A DNA stretch of 64,000 nucleotides from a virus. A program made the translations under genes and the position numbers. The stretch lies in the IMG/VR virus record IMGVR_UViG_3300008266_000015. One strand, written 5' to 3'. The first letter of the stretch is position 1, and the number at the start of each line of letters is the position of its first letter. This document shows positions 19,256 to 28,243 of the stretch, piece by piece. Below the pieces are notes generated by a model that saw nothing but the letters and a program-made list of their open reading frames with translations, ran no database searches and was not told the DNA's origin.

Positions 19256-20200
19256 ATGAAAAATATAAAACAATTAATACTACCCACCTTAATAGCACTC
19301 TCGGCTCTGTCCGTGAGTGCCTCGGCGGGTATATATTCAATTACTGGGTTATCTAAATTATTTGTAGGAGCTAGTATGGCAGTTATAGTAATGGCTGCTT
19401 CATTGGAGGTTTCTAAATTAGTTATTGCTTCATTTTTATATCAATATTGGTCTACAGTAAATAAAGTATTGAGAACTTATTTATCAATTGCTTTAGGAGT
19501 ATTAATATTAATTACCTCCGCAGGCATTTATGGCTTTCTAAGCAATGCATACCAGGAAACAGCCAATAAAGTAGGAGTTGTAGATAAAGAAACTCAAGTA
19601 TATAAGGTTAAAAAGGAACGATTCGAACAACAACTTGAAGATAGAAAACTTGAAAAAACCGGATTGACTAAAGATATAAGTGAGTTAAGAAACGCTCTAG
19701 CAACAGGAAGTACTACTCAATCAGTAGATAGAAAAACAGGACAGATTGTTACTACAGCAAATTCAGGCAATCGTAAAGCATTTGAATCCCAACTTAATTC
19801 AGCTATCAAAAGTAAAGATGCAATTGATGATGAAATAATAGCTTCAACCGATAGCATAACTGCTTTAGATATGAAGATATTGGAAATTGAGTCTAAAACT
19901 GAATTAGCAGGTGAACTAGGCCCACTTAAGTATATAGCTAAATTGACCGGATATCCAATGGATAAAATCATTAACTGGTTTATTTTACTAATTATATTGG
20001 TGTTTGATCCACTAGCAATCAGTTTAGTTATAGCGGCTAATTTTGCTTTTAATCAAATAAAAAATCCACAACCATTAGCAACATATGATGAGAAACCACC
20101 AGTGGTGGAACCCCCTCAACCAACTAAATCATGGTACAATTATATTCAACCCATCTTTAAACGAAAGAAATCTGATGAGGATGAAATAAAGACCTATTAA
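19256..20200 (+). CDS. Membrane protein with central coiled coil
   Basis: Three N-terminal hydrophobic helices, long coiled coil, C-terminal TM (LVFDPLAI). Confidence 0.6.
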   Translation: MKNIKQLILPTLIALSALSVSASAGIYSITGLSKLFVGASMAVIVMAASLEVSKLVIASFLYQYWSTVNKVLRTYLSIALGVLILITSAGIYGFLSNAYQETANKVGVVDKETQVYKVKKERFEQQLEDRKLEKTGLTKDISELRNALATGSTTQSVDRKTGQIVTTANSGNRKAFESQLNSAIKSKDAIDDEIIASTDSITALDMKILEIESKTELAGELGPLKYIAKLTGYPMDKIINWFILLIILVFDPLAISLVIAANFAFNQIKNPQPLATYDEKPPVVEPPQPTKSWYNYIQPIFKRKKSDEDEIKTY

Positions 20201-20253
20201 AGGACTAGGATTTCAAAATCCTCCTTTATATATTTATAGTACACAAAGAAGTT

Positions 20254-20784
20254 ATGGATAGGATAAATGAGTTTTTAAAAAAAGAATTTAATAGAACAGT
20301 AACTATTAAAGTCCCGGTTAGGGAAAAAAAGAAAATCAAAAACATGTATTATTGGTGGAGGCGATTCCCTATTCACAAAACGCTCTCCAATATGGCCCAT
20401 TATAAGGAAAAGATCAAAAATAAAGATTTTGATTATTCCCCATATTGGGCTCAAATTCAATACGAATACTACTGGATGGCTGAGGATATTTTGCATCTTC
20501 GTGATAATCACAGAGGTGGTAGGGATTCTTTATTTCAACTTGAGAGGGAAATTATTACTTCGTATAATCGAAGATTAAAAAAGTTATATGAGGATGCGGA
20601 TGTTGATGAGGCTAATCGTATTGAATACTTAAAAAAAGAACTAATACGTAATTTTGGAGGTGGTAAATATGATGCTCATGATTTTATTGATATGTTTGAA
20701 GGTACAATAGAGGAAGCATTTAGTGAATATCCAAAATGGTTAATTAATAAAAAATTAAATAAAATCTATGAAAATTTCGCATGA
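20254..20784 (+). CDS. Hypothetical protein
   Basis: First ORF after the promoter at 20206. Confidence 0.6.
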   Translation: MDRINEFLKKEFNRTVTIKVPVREKKKIKNMYYWWRRFPIHKTLSNMAHYKEKIKNKDFDYSPYWAQIQYEYYWMAEDILHLRDNHRGGRDSLFQLEREIITSYNRRLKKLYEDADVDEANRIEYLKKELIRNFGGGKYDAHDFIDMFEGTIEEAFSEYPKWLINKKLNKIYENFA

Positions 20785-21556
20785 GGTTCCATTGTGTTTA
20801 TTGGAACAAAGTTTACAATTCAACAATTACGATTACTGCTTGCCCCATTTAATGGATCAATATGAAGAATACAAGGACTTCTTTATGAGATCTAAAGAAA
20901 ATAAACGACACATTATGATGGACAATTCACTTCATGAATTAGGTATTCCTTATAGTGAAGATAGATTATTCTATTGGTTAGATGTTTTGCAACCTAATGA
21001 GTTTTTTGTACCTGATTTTTGGGAGGATCAAACACAATCAATTGTGTCTGCTAAGAGATGGATTCAATATCAAGAAAAATATCCTGATACAACATTTATA
21101 GCTGTAGTACAAGCAAAATCTATAAATGAAGCAATGATTTGTTATCAAATATACAAAGATTTAGGATATCAAAAAATAGCATTTAGTTATGGTGCTTCGT
21201 ACTATAATGAAGTACACCCACATGAGAACAAAGCAATAGGTAAAGCATTAGGTAGAATTGGAACTATAAGAAAAATGCGTGAATTAGGTATAATTCAAAA
21301 TAATGATAAAATTCATCTCCTTGGATGTTCAGTACCTCAAGAATTTGGATACCATAAAAATAGTTCATATATTGAATCAATTGATACCTCAAATCCAGTA
21401 ATGGCGGCTATTCAAGGATTAAAATATAGTACTTGGGGATTAAGTGAAAAACCAACAATAAACATGAATGAATGTTTTGAAATGCCATTAAGTGAAATTA
21501 ATATAGAATTAGTCAATTATAATGTTAAACAATTTAAACAAATAAACAGTCTATGA
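20768..21556 (+). CDS. TGT/DpdA-like guanine transglycosylase-fold protein (candidate 7-deazaguanine DNA insertase)
   Basis: MMDNS, PD, AVVQ, IHLLG, SIDTS motifs in TGT-barrel order; immediately upstream of queC/D/E/folE. Confidence 0.65.
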   Translation: MKISHEVPLCLLEQSLQFNNYDYCLPHLMDQYEEYKDFFMRSKENKRHIMMDNSLHELGIPYSEDRLFYWLDVLQPNEFFVPDFWEDQTQSIVSAKRWIQYQEKYPDTTFIAVVQAKSINEAMICYQIYKDLGYQKIAFSYGASYYNEVHPHENKAIGKALGRIGTIRKMRELGIIQNNDKIHLLGCSVPQEFGYHKNSSYIESIDTSNPVMAAIQGLKYSTWGLSEKPTINMNECFEMPLSEINIELVNYNVKQFKQINSL

Positions 21557-21810
21557 AACAAGAAGAATTCGTATCATTGTATGATTTTCTAGGAAAACCA
21601 GCAGGATCACAATTAGGAAAAGAAGTTTGGAATGTAGCTCAAGCTACCTCAGAACCAACAACAATTAAACAAGTTAGCAATCCAAAATATACTGGTAAAA
21701 TAGTAATGTATAGACCAGAATTTTTAAGGAAATATTTTAATGGTCTAACTAAAACTATTACCAATTATGAATTAACTAAAAACACTAATTATGAATCTCT
21801 CCCATTCTAA
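21553..21810 (+). CDS. Hypothetical protein
   Basis: 85-aa ORF overlapping both neighbours. Confidence 0.6.
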   Translation: MKQEEFVSLYDFLGKPAGSQLGKEVWNVAQATSEPTTIKQVSNPKYTGKIVMYRPEFLRKYFNGLTKTITNYELTKNTNYESLPF

Positions 21811-22741
21811 AAAACAAGCAGTCCTCTCATTAAGTGGAGGAATGGATAGTAGCACATTATTACTCCATTTATTAGCAAATGACTATGAGGTAACATGTTT
21901 AAGTTTTGACTATGGTCAAAAACATAAAGTTGAATTAGAGCGTGCTACTGATTTAGTACAATATATTAATCAATATTCTGAGTGGGAAGATTTAGGATAT
22001 TTTAGAAAAAATCTAAGTGAAGCTTTAAATACCACATCTGTTAAATATCCTAAAGTTAAACACCAAATTATTAAATTAGATGGTTTAGCACAGTTACTTA
22101 ATTCTTCATTAGTTGAAGGTGGAGCAGAGGTACCTGAAGGACATTATGCTGCTGAAAATATGAAAGAGACAGTAGTACCTAATCGTAATAAAATCTTTTC
22201 ATCAATTATTCAAGCAGTTGCATTATCAATTGCAGATAAAAAAAGTACTGAATGTTCTATTGCAATGGGGATCCATTCAGGTGATCATTCTATCTATCCT
22301 GATTGTAGACAAGATTTTAGAGATGCAGATTTTGATGCATTTATTATTGGAAATTGGGGAGCAGAAAATGTAAACGTTTATACACCTTATATGGATACTG
22401 ATAAATTTGGTATTTTACAAGATGGAGAAAAATGTTGCAAACAATTAGGTTTAGATTTTGATGAAGTATATAAACGTACTAACACAAGTTATAAGCCAAT
22501 TTATATTGAATATCCAATGGGATCTACTATGGAAGATATGAGAAATGGACCTGAAGGAACCTGGTACTCAGATTACAAATCAGCCTCTTCAGTAGAACGT
22601 ATTGAAGCATTTATTAAATTAGGTCGTCCTGATCCTGTGCTCTATGCTGATGAAACAGGTCCTGTAAGTTGGGAAACAGCTAGAATGTATGTAGAACAAG
22701 TAATATCAGAATACGCAAAAGAACAATTAAATATTAATTAA
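21791..22741 (+). CDS. queC: 7-cyano-7-deazaguanine synthase
   Basis: SLSGGMDS PP-loop, FDYGQKH, VPNRN, YPDCR. Confidence 0.9.
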   Translation: MNLSHSKKQAVLSLSGGMDSSTLLLHLLANDYEVTCLSFDYGQKHKVELERATDLVQYINQYSEWEDLGYFRKNLSEALNTTSVKYPKVKHQIIKLDGLAQLLNSSLVEGGAEVPEGHYAAENMKETVVPNRNKIFSSIIQAVALSIADKKSTECSIAMGIHSGDHSIYPDCRQDFRDADFDAFIIGNWGAENVNVYTPYMDTDKFGILQDGEKCCKQLGLDFDEVYKRTNTSYKPIYIEYPMGSTMEDMRNGPEGTWYSDYKSASSVERIEAFIKLGRPDPVLYADETGPVSWETARMYVEQVISEYAKEQLNIN

Positions 22742-22742
22742 A

Positions 22743-22994
22743 ATGAAACAAATTATCTATTTTAGCGCCGGATGGTGTACAGCATGTCAATCTATGAGTC
22801 CAATGGTTGATCAATTAAAACGAGAAAAAAATATTTCTGTAACAAAAATTGATACAGACTATGATGCGTCTTTTGTTGACAAGTACAATATTAGAAGTGT
22901 TCCAACTACTATTATTTTAGAAAATGATAATGAAGTTCGTCGCCACACCGGAGTATTAAGTTACCAACAATTAAACAATCTCATCAATGGGTAA
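22743..22994 (+). CDS. Thioredoxin
   Basis: WCTAC active site, IRSVPT cis-Pro motif. Confidence 0.9.
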   Translation: MKQIIYFSAGWCTACQSMSPMVDQLKREKNISVTKIDTDYDASFVDKYNIRSVPTTIILENDNEVRRHTGVLSYQQLNNLING

Positions 22995-23454
22995 ATTTCA
23001 ATCAACAAAATTATTTGATGGGTATTCAACAGTATTTCGTCAATGGAAAGCAGAAGGTACTCATTGTAAGTTCTTACATGGTTATGGAGTATCATTTAGA
23101 GTATGGTTTGAAGGTGAATTAGACGAACGCAATTGGGTATGGGACTTTGGAGGTATGAAACGTGCTAAAGGAACTATCGAAGGAATGAATCCTAAAGTGT
23201 GGATGGACCACATGTTTGATCATACTACAATTATAGCTGAGGATGATCCTCGTATTGAATTATTTAAAAAAATGGATAAAGAAGATCTTATTCAATTAAG
23301 AATTATACCAGCAACGGGAGCAGAACAATTTGCTAAATATATTTACGAAAAATTAAATACCTTTATTCAAGAGGAAACTGAAGGTAGAGTAAAAGTAACT
23401 CAAGTGGAATTCATGGAACACAGTAAAAATACAGCAATCTATAAAGAAAATTAA
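22987..23454 (+). CDS. queD: 6-carboxytetrahydropterin synthase
   Basis: HCKFLHGY, WVWDFG, FDHT, GAEQFA. Confidence 0.85.
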   Translation: MGKFQSTKLFDGYSTVFRQWKAEGTHCKFLHGYGVSFRVWFEGELDERNWVWDFGGMKRAKGTIEGMNPKVWMDHMFDHTTIIAEDDPRIELFKKMDKEDLIQLRIIPATGAEQFAKYIYEKLNTFIQEETEGRVKVTQVEFMEHSKNTAIYKEN

Positions 23455-23509
23455 TTATGTGGACATCAACTACAACATACGGAGATATAAAATTTAACTA
23501 TATTATAAA

Positions 23510-23560
23510 ATGAAAGACAAATTACTAATTAGTAGTGATTTCTATTCGATTAATCGATAA
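23510..23560 (+). pseudogene. queE: Orphaned original 5' end of queE
   Basis: MKDKLLISSDFYSINR*; LLISSDFY is identical to the N-terminus of queE at 24278. Confidence 0.8.
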
Positions 23561-23598
23561 AAAATGATATTCTATAATATTTATAATAAAGCAATATT

Positions 23599-24285
23599 AT
23601 GGAAAAACATTATGTTTATAAGATTACCAACTTAAAAAATAATAAAATATACATTGGTGTAAGAACCCATCCTAGTCCTGAATTAGATGAATATATGGGA
23701 AGCGGAACATGTATTCAAAATGTTATAAAAATTGAAGGTATTGAATATTTTAAAAAAGAAATTATTAAAACCTTTGATACAAGAGAAAAAGCAGAAAACT
23801 ATGAGTCTTCTTTATTAACAGAAGAATTTTGTAATAGTCCTGAAACATATAATATTCAAAGGACTAGTAATTTTAATGGAAAGATGCATGGTTTTAGAAA
23901 GGATATATGGTATGATTATTTTCAAGAAATTAGAGACAAATATACGAGTGGAGAAACATTGCCAAGTCTTGGAAAACAATATCATTGCGACAAAGGAACC
24001 ATCAGAATAATATGCTCAGATGTAAAAAGAACTAATTCTGAATCACAAAGGATAAGATTTGATAAATGTATAACATCAGGTGCTAGAGATTTAGAATTTG
24101 ATAAAGTTAATTTGGATATGTTATTAGATTTATATAATATTGAAAAATGGAGTGTAAATCGAATAGCTACTTATTTTAATAAAAGTTGCTCTTTTATAGA
24201 TAGAAGATTAAAAGAACATAATATAATAAAAAGAACAAGAAAAGAAAACAACGAAAAACCATTTAAACAAAGAAAAAATGACTAA
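23599..24285 (+). mobile_element. Free-standing GIY-YIG homing endonuclease inserted in the 5' end of queE
   Basis: YVYKITNLKNNKIYIG, YMGSG, E..YN; C-terminal HTH-like repeats; own ATATTTAT motif. Confidence 0.85.
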
Positions 24286-25105
24286 AAACACTCTCTTAAT
24301 ATCCTCAGATTTTTATACTTGTCAAGGCGAAGGTATAAGCACAGGTATTCCTTCATACTTCGTTCGTTTAGGAAACTGTAACTTAACATGCGGAATGTCA
24401 AGAGCATTCGCTAATAAACTTCTAAAAGAAGCATCATTAGAGGATGGGGAAATATTCAAAGGCGATTTAGAACTAGAAGGTAAAGCAACATGGACTTGTG
24501 ATAGTACATCTCAGTGGTTATGGAGAGGTGAAGAAAAAGACTTCCAATATCTAATTGATCAATGGAAAGAACAAGGCATCTATGAACATATTAAGAATGG
24601 TACTATCCATATTATTTGGACGGGTGGTGAACCTACAATTAAAGGACATCAAGAAGCTATTCGTAACTTTGCTAGATATTGGAGAGAATACGAAAGCACA
24701 TCAGTACTATTAGGTTTTAATGAAATAGAAACAAATGGTACTATTTACATTAAAGACGAACTGTGGTACACATTACACCAAATCAATTGTTCTCCTAAAT
24801 TATCTAATTCAGGAATGACTGAAAAACAACGTATTGTTCCTGCAGCCATTAAACGCATTATGGAGCACGATAACTATCAATTTAAGTTCGTTATTTCAAC
24901 TGAAGATGATGTTAAGGAAATATTCCATGACTTTATTGAGCCATTTAATATTCCACTTAAAAATATTGTTTGTATGCCAGGTTTAGATGATGTTGCTGAT
25001 TTTGAAGAACGTACTCGTTTTTGTTTAGAAATGGGAAAAAAATATATGTTTAGAGCCCTTACACGACTACATATAGCAGCCTGGAACAAAACGCTGAATG
25101 TGTAA
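24278..25105 (+). CDS. queE: 7-carboxy-7-deazaguanine synthase (radical SAM)
   Basis: FYTCQGEG, FVRLGNCNLTC...WTCDS, TGGEP, IETNGT, SPKL, KFV, RLH. Confidence 0.9.
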   Translation: MTKNTLLISSDFYTCQGEGISTGIPSYFVRLGNCNLTCGMSRAFANKLLKEASLEDGEIFKGDLELEGKATWTCDSTSQWLWRGEEKDFQYLIDQWKEQGIYEHIKNGTIHIIWTGGEPTIKGHQEAIRNFARYWREYESTSVLLGFNEIETNGTIYIKDELWYTLHQINCSPKLSNSGMTEKQRIVPAAIKRIMEHDNYQFKFVISTEDDVKEIFHDFIEPFNIPLKNIVCMPGLDDVADFEERTRFCLEMGKKYMFRALTRLHIAAWNKTLNV

Positions 25106-25185
25106 AACTTTTATAAATTCAAAAACTAGGATTTCAAGATTTTATTTTATATATTTAACTTAAATAAATTTAAACAACTAAGGTT

Positions 25186-25590
25186 ATGAAAAAATTAAAA
25201 ATTCACGCAAAATGGGCTTATTTACGTTACAAAAGCCGCATGAAGAATTCATATGGTGGAAAACGAGAACTAGATGCTAATGAACAACTAATCAAAAGTG
25301 TTGTAGTAAGGATTGCATCAAATCCAAAAAATTCTATTTTAGTATCTCCTATTTCAAACCACATTCATATTCAAACTGAGGACAAAAACTATGCAGTGAT
25401 TTTATCTGAAAATAGAGTTAAAATTGCTAATCACAAAATATTCATCGAAACATCACTTGATCCGTTTTTCTGTAAAATGTTATATAGTATTGCATTTAAA
25501 TATGTAGAAAAATATCGTCAAGCAGTAGATAAAACAACTAGTGAGAACGAAATAAACGGATTAAATTCTATTCTAAATCAATTAAATTAA
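25186..25590 (+). CDS. Hypothetical protein
   Basis: 134-aa ORF behind the promoter at 25127. Confidence 0.6.
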   Translation: MKKLKIHAKWAYLRYKSRMKNSYGGKRELDANEQLIKSVVVRIASNPKNSILVSPISNHIHIQTEDKNYAVILSENRVKIANHKIFIETSLDPFFCKMLYSIAFKYVEKYRQAVDKTTSENEINGLNSILNQLN

Positions 25591-25591
25591 A

Positions 25592-26209
25592 ATGAAATAT
25601 ATTCAAAAAGCAAACGAAAATACTCCTCGCACACCAGAGGAGATCGAAAAAATGATTACAGAAGCATCTGTACATTATGGTGCATTTTTAAAATCAATGG
25701 GATTTGATCATACTGCTGATCCACAAACTATTGATACACCTCGTCGTGTAGCTAAAGCATGGTTAAAAGATCTAGTACTAGGTTCAATTACTGAAGAACC
25801 ATCAATGACTGTATTCCCTAATGAGGAAAACTATGATGGAGTAGTAATTCAAACAGGTATTCCAGTTATTAGTATGTGTGCACATCACAATCTTCCATTT
25901 ACAGGATATGCATCTGTTGCATATGTACCTGGAGAAAAAATTGTTGGTTTAAGTAAATTAAACCGTGTAGTAGATTGGTTTGCTCGTCGTCCACAAATGC
26001 AAGAATCATTAACACAACAAATTCATGGTTTTTTAGCTAATAAATTGGATTGCAAATCAGTAGCAGTTAGTATTGCCTCTAAACATATGTGTTGTTCAAA
26101 TCGTGGTATTAAACATCCTACCTCTACAATGTGTACTAACAAATTTAGTGGTGTATTTATGGAGCCTGGGAATCTAATTCGTGAAGAATTTGGTCCGGAG
26201 TTTAATTAA
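25592..26209 (+). CDS. folE: GTP cyclohydrolase I
   Basis: TPRRVAK, SMCAHHNLPF, GLSKLNR, RRPQMQE, HMCCSNRG. Confidence 0.93.
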   Translation: MKYIQKANENTPRTPEEIEKMITEASVHYGAFLKSMGFDHTADPQTIDTPRRVAKAWLKDLVLGSITEEPSMTVFPNEENYDGVVIQTGIPVISMCAHHNLPFTGYASVAYVPGEKIVGLSKLNRVVDWFARRPQMQESLTQQIHGFLANKLDCKSVAVSIASKHMCCSNRGIKHPTSTMCTNKFSGVFMEPGNLIREEFGPEFN

Positions 26210-26217
26210 GATAAAAA

Positions 26218-26241
26218 AGGCTATAACGAAAGTTATAGCCT
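26218..26241. terminator. Hairpin after folE (probable terminator)
   Basis: AGGCTATAAC-gaaa-GTTATAGCCT perfect 10-bp stem, A-tract upstream, T-rich downstream. Confidence 0.7.
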
Positions 26242-26287
26242 ATCTATATTTTTACAATATTTATTATCGCCAAACAAAAATATTGCG

Positions 26288-26959
26288 ATGATAAATACTA
26301 CAAAAATATACCTAGTAACTAATTGTTATGGAAATTCTAATAAAGTTTATATAGGTAAAACTAAAAATTCTCGAGAAGCTGACCATAAACGATCCTTTGG
26401 CTCTCATATAATATATACTTATATTGATGAAATAAATTCTTTAGATCATAAAGATTGGGAGCCATTAGAAACATATTGGATAGAACAGTTTAAACAATGG
26501 GGGTTTGAAGTATTAAATGAAAATAAGGGTGGAGGAGGTCCTATAACTCATTCTGAAATGGTAAGAGATAAAATGAAAGGGCCTAAACCTTATTTATTTA
26601 AATCTATACTTCAATATAGTTTAGAAGGAAATTTTATTAAAGAATGGTTAAGTATTAATGAAGCAGCTTTGTTTCTTAATAAAAAATCAGGAGCAGCCAT
26701 AATAGAAAATTGTTCTCAAAAAAGAAAATCAGCTTATGGATTTATATGGAGATATAAAGAAAATCCTTTAGAAAAAAACTTCATATATAAAAAAGATAAA
26801 TACACTAAACCTGTTCTACAATATGATTTGCAAATGAATTTTATTAAGGAATGGCCAAGTCTATCTGAAGCTAAAAAATATACAATTGGAGATATCCAGG
26901 CATGTTGTAGTGGAAAACAGCAGACAGCAGGAAAATATATTTGGAGATTTAAAAATTAA
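26288..26959 (+). mobile_element. GIY-YIG homing endonuclease with two NUMOD1-type repeats
   Basis: KIYLVTN..KVYIGKT, E..WI, NENKGGGG; repeated ILQYSLEGNFIKEW.S..EA / VLQYDLQMNFIKEW.S..EA ... A.G.IWR. Confidence 0.85.
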
Positions 26960-27017
26960 ATTGGGATTACAAAATTTTCTTTTTATATTTAGATTAAATA
27001 AAAGGTTATAATTAATT

Positions 27018-27215
27018 ATGAAATACAGATTAGGTTTTTTGTTTCACAGAATTATATACGATAATTGGTCGTGGGAGTGTACTATCTTACCATCACTACG
27101 CGTTGAACGAAATAAGTATAGCTTTATTTCTACTGGTGTACACGGAGACTGGTGGGCACTATATATAAACTTTCTATTTTGGGACTTTGGAATAAAAATA
27201 TATCAAGATTATTAA
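27018..27215 (+). CDS. Small aromatic-rich protein (paralog of 27735)
   Basis: Shares CT.LPS, FI.TGV.G, FLFW.FGI..YQDY with 27735. Confidence 0.65.
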   Translation: MKYRLGFLFHRIIYDNWSWECTILPSLRVERNKYSFISTGVHGDWWALYINFLFWDFGIKIYQDY

Positions 27216-27216
27216 T

Positions 27217-27483
27217 ATGAAAAAAATACTAACAGTAATAGGTTTGCTTGCATTACTAACTTCATGCCAATATGATAGGGGTGATATACCACATCCACCT
27301 ACAGATTTTATAGAAATCCACGGCAAGGTATATAAGATAATGTCTATTGTACCTTGTGATGGATGTAGCAGCATGTGGATTATGTATCCCAAAGATAGCC
27401 TCGACAGTCAACCTCAGGTTATAAAATACGATGTAAAACAAGGTAAACAAACAATAAATCAAACAGTAATTAAAGTAGACTAA
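27217..27483 (+). CDS. Lipoprotein
   Basis: MKK + hydrophobic core + lipobox LTSC; internal CDGC. Confidence 0.7.
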   Translation: MKKILTVIGLLALLTSCQYDRGDIPHPPTDFIEIHGKVYKIMSIVPCDGCSSMWIMYPKDSLDSQPQVIKYDVKQGKQTINQTVIKVD

Positions 27484-27484
27484 T

Positions 27485-27733
27485 ATGGGAAAAATAATTT
27501 TAGAATTTGATGCGCTTGAAGACGCACAAGATGCAAGAACAGCATTAGATGGTTGGAAGTGGAAAATGGCTATGTGGGATTTAGATCAATTACTACGTAG
27601 TACAACCAAACATGGAGTTAGTTTACTTGATCCCAAAAAGGAAGCCTCAAGTGAGGAAATAGAAGTGGCTTATAAAATTCGTGATGAAATACGAGAAATG
27701 CTTACTAGCTCAGGTTTAAACTTAGAAGACTAA
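27485..27733 (+). CDS. Hypothetical protein
   Basis: 82-aa ORF tightly packed in the operon. Confidence 0.6.
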   Translation: MGKIILEFDALEDAQDARTALDGWKWKMAMWDLDQLLRSTTKHGVSLLDPKKEASSEEIEVAYKIRDEIREMLTSSGLNLED

Positions 27734-27734
27734 T

Positions 27735-27932
27735 ATGAAATACAAACTCAGGACATACTATACCAACAATATACGAGGTTGGTTCATTCAGTGTACTTTA
27801 TTACCAAGCATCACTATTACTCACAATAAACAAAACTTTATTGAAACTGGTGTTTATGGTAAATCATGGACTCTTTCCTTTGAGTTTTTATTTTGGAGTT
27901 TTGGAATAACTTTATATCAAGATTATGAATAA
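27735..27932 (+). CDS. Small aromatic-rich protein (paralog of 27018)
   Basis: See 27018. Confidence 0.65.
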   Translation: MKYKLRTYYTNNIRGWFIQCTLLPSITITHNKQNFIETGVYGKSWTLSFEFLFWSFGITLYQDYE

Positions 27933-28039
27933 AGAAACACTATACTCAGAAATTGAATATCTAATCATTCAATGGAGTAATGATGGAACCAAAACTGCAG
28001 GTTCTCTTACTAGAGAAATAATGAAAACAATAGAAAGTT

Positions 28040-28243
28040 ATGAAAATAATAGTTGAAACAGAAGAACTAAAGCAGGAGATTCTTAAACAGAGCGAATACA
28101 TACACAATTTCTTAATCAATAAAGATGATGTTAAGAATCTTGGTAAAGATTGGTTAATAGGTCTTGATTCAGATAAGGCTGGAATATTGATGCATTTATA
28201 TATGGCACCACAAATAATTGAAGTAAATGAACAACCTAGATAA
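28040..28243 (+). CDS. Hypothetical protein
   Basis: 67-aa ORF with AAGTTATG start context. Confidence 0.55.
   Translation: MKIIVETEELKQEILKQSEYIHNFLINKDDVKNLGKDWLIGLDSDKAGILMHLYMAPQIIEVNEQPR

Noticed and set aside
23457-23513. 18-aa ORF MWTSTTTYGDIKFNYIIK between queD and the queE stub
   Set aside because: Plausibly coupled (ATGA overlap) but too short to support from sequence alone
23549-24300. Group I intron in queE
   Set aside because: The downstream part repeats LLISSDFY with its own ATG, and the non-coding flanks (under 50 nt) are too short for a ribozyme core
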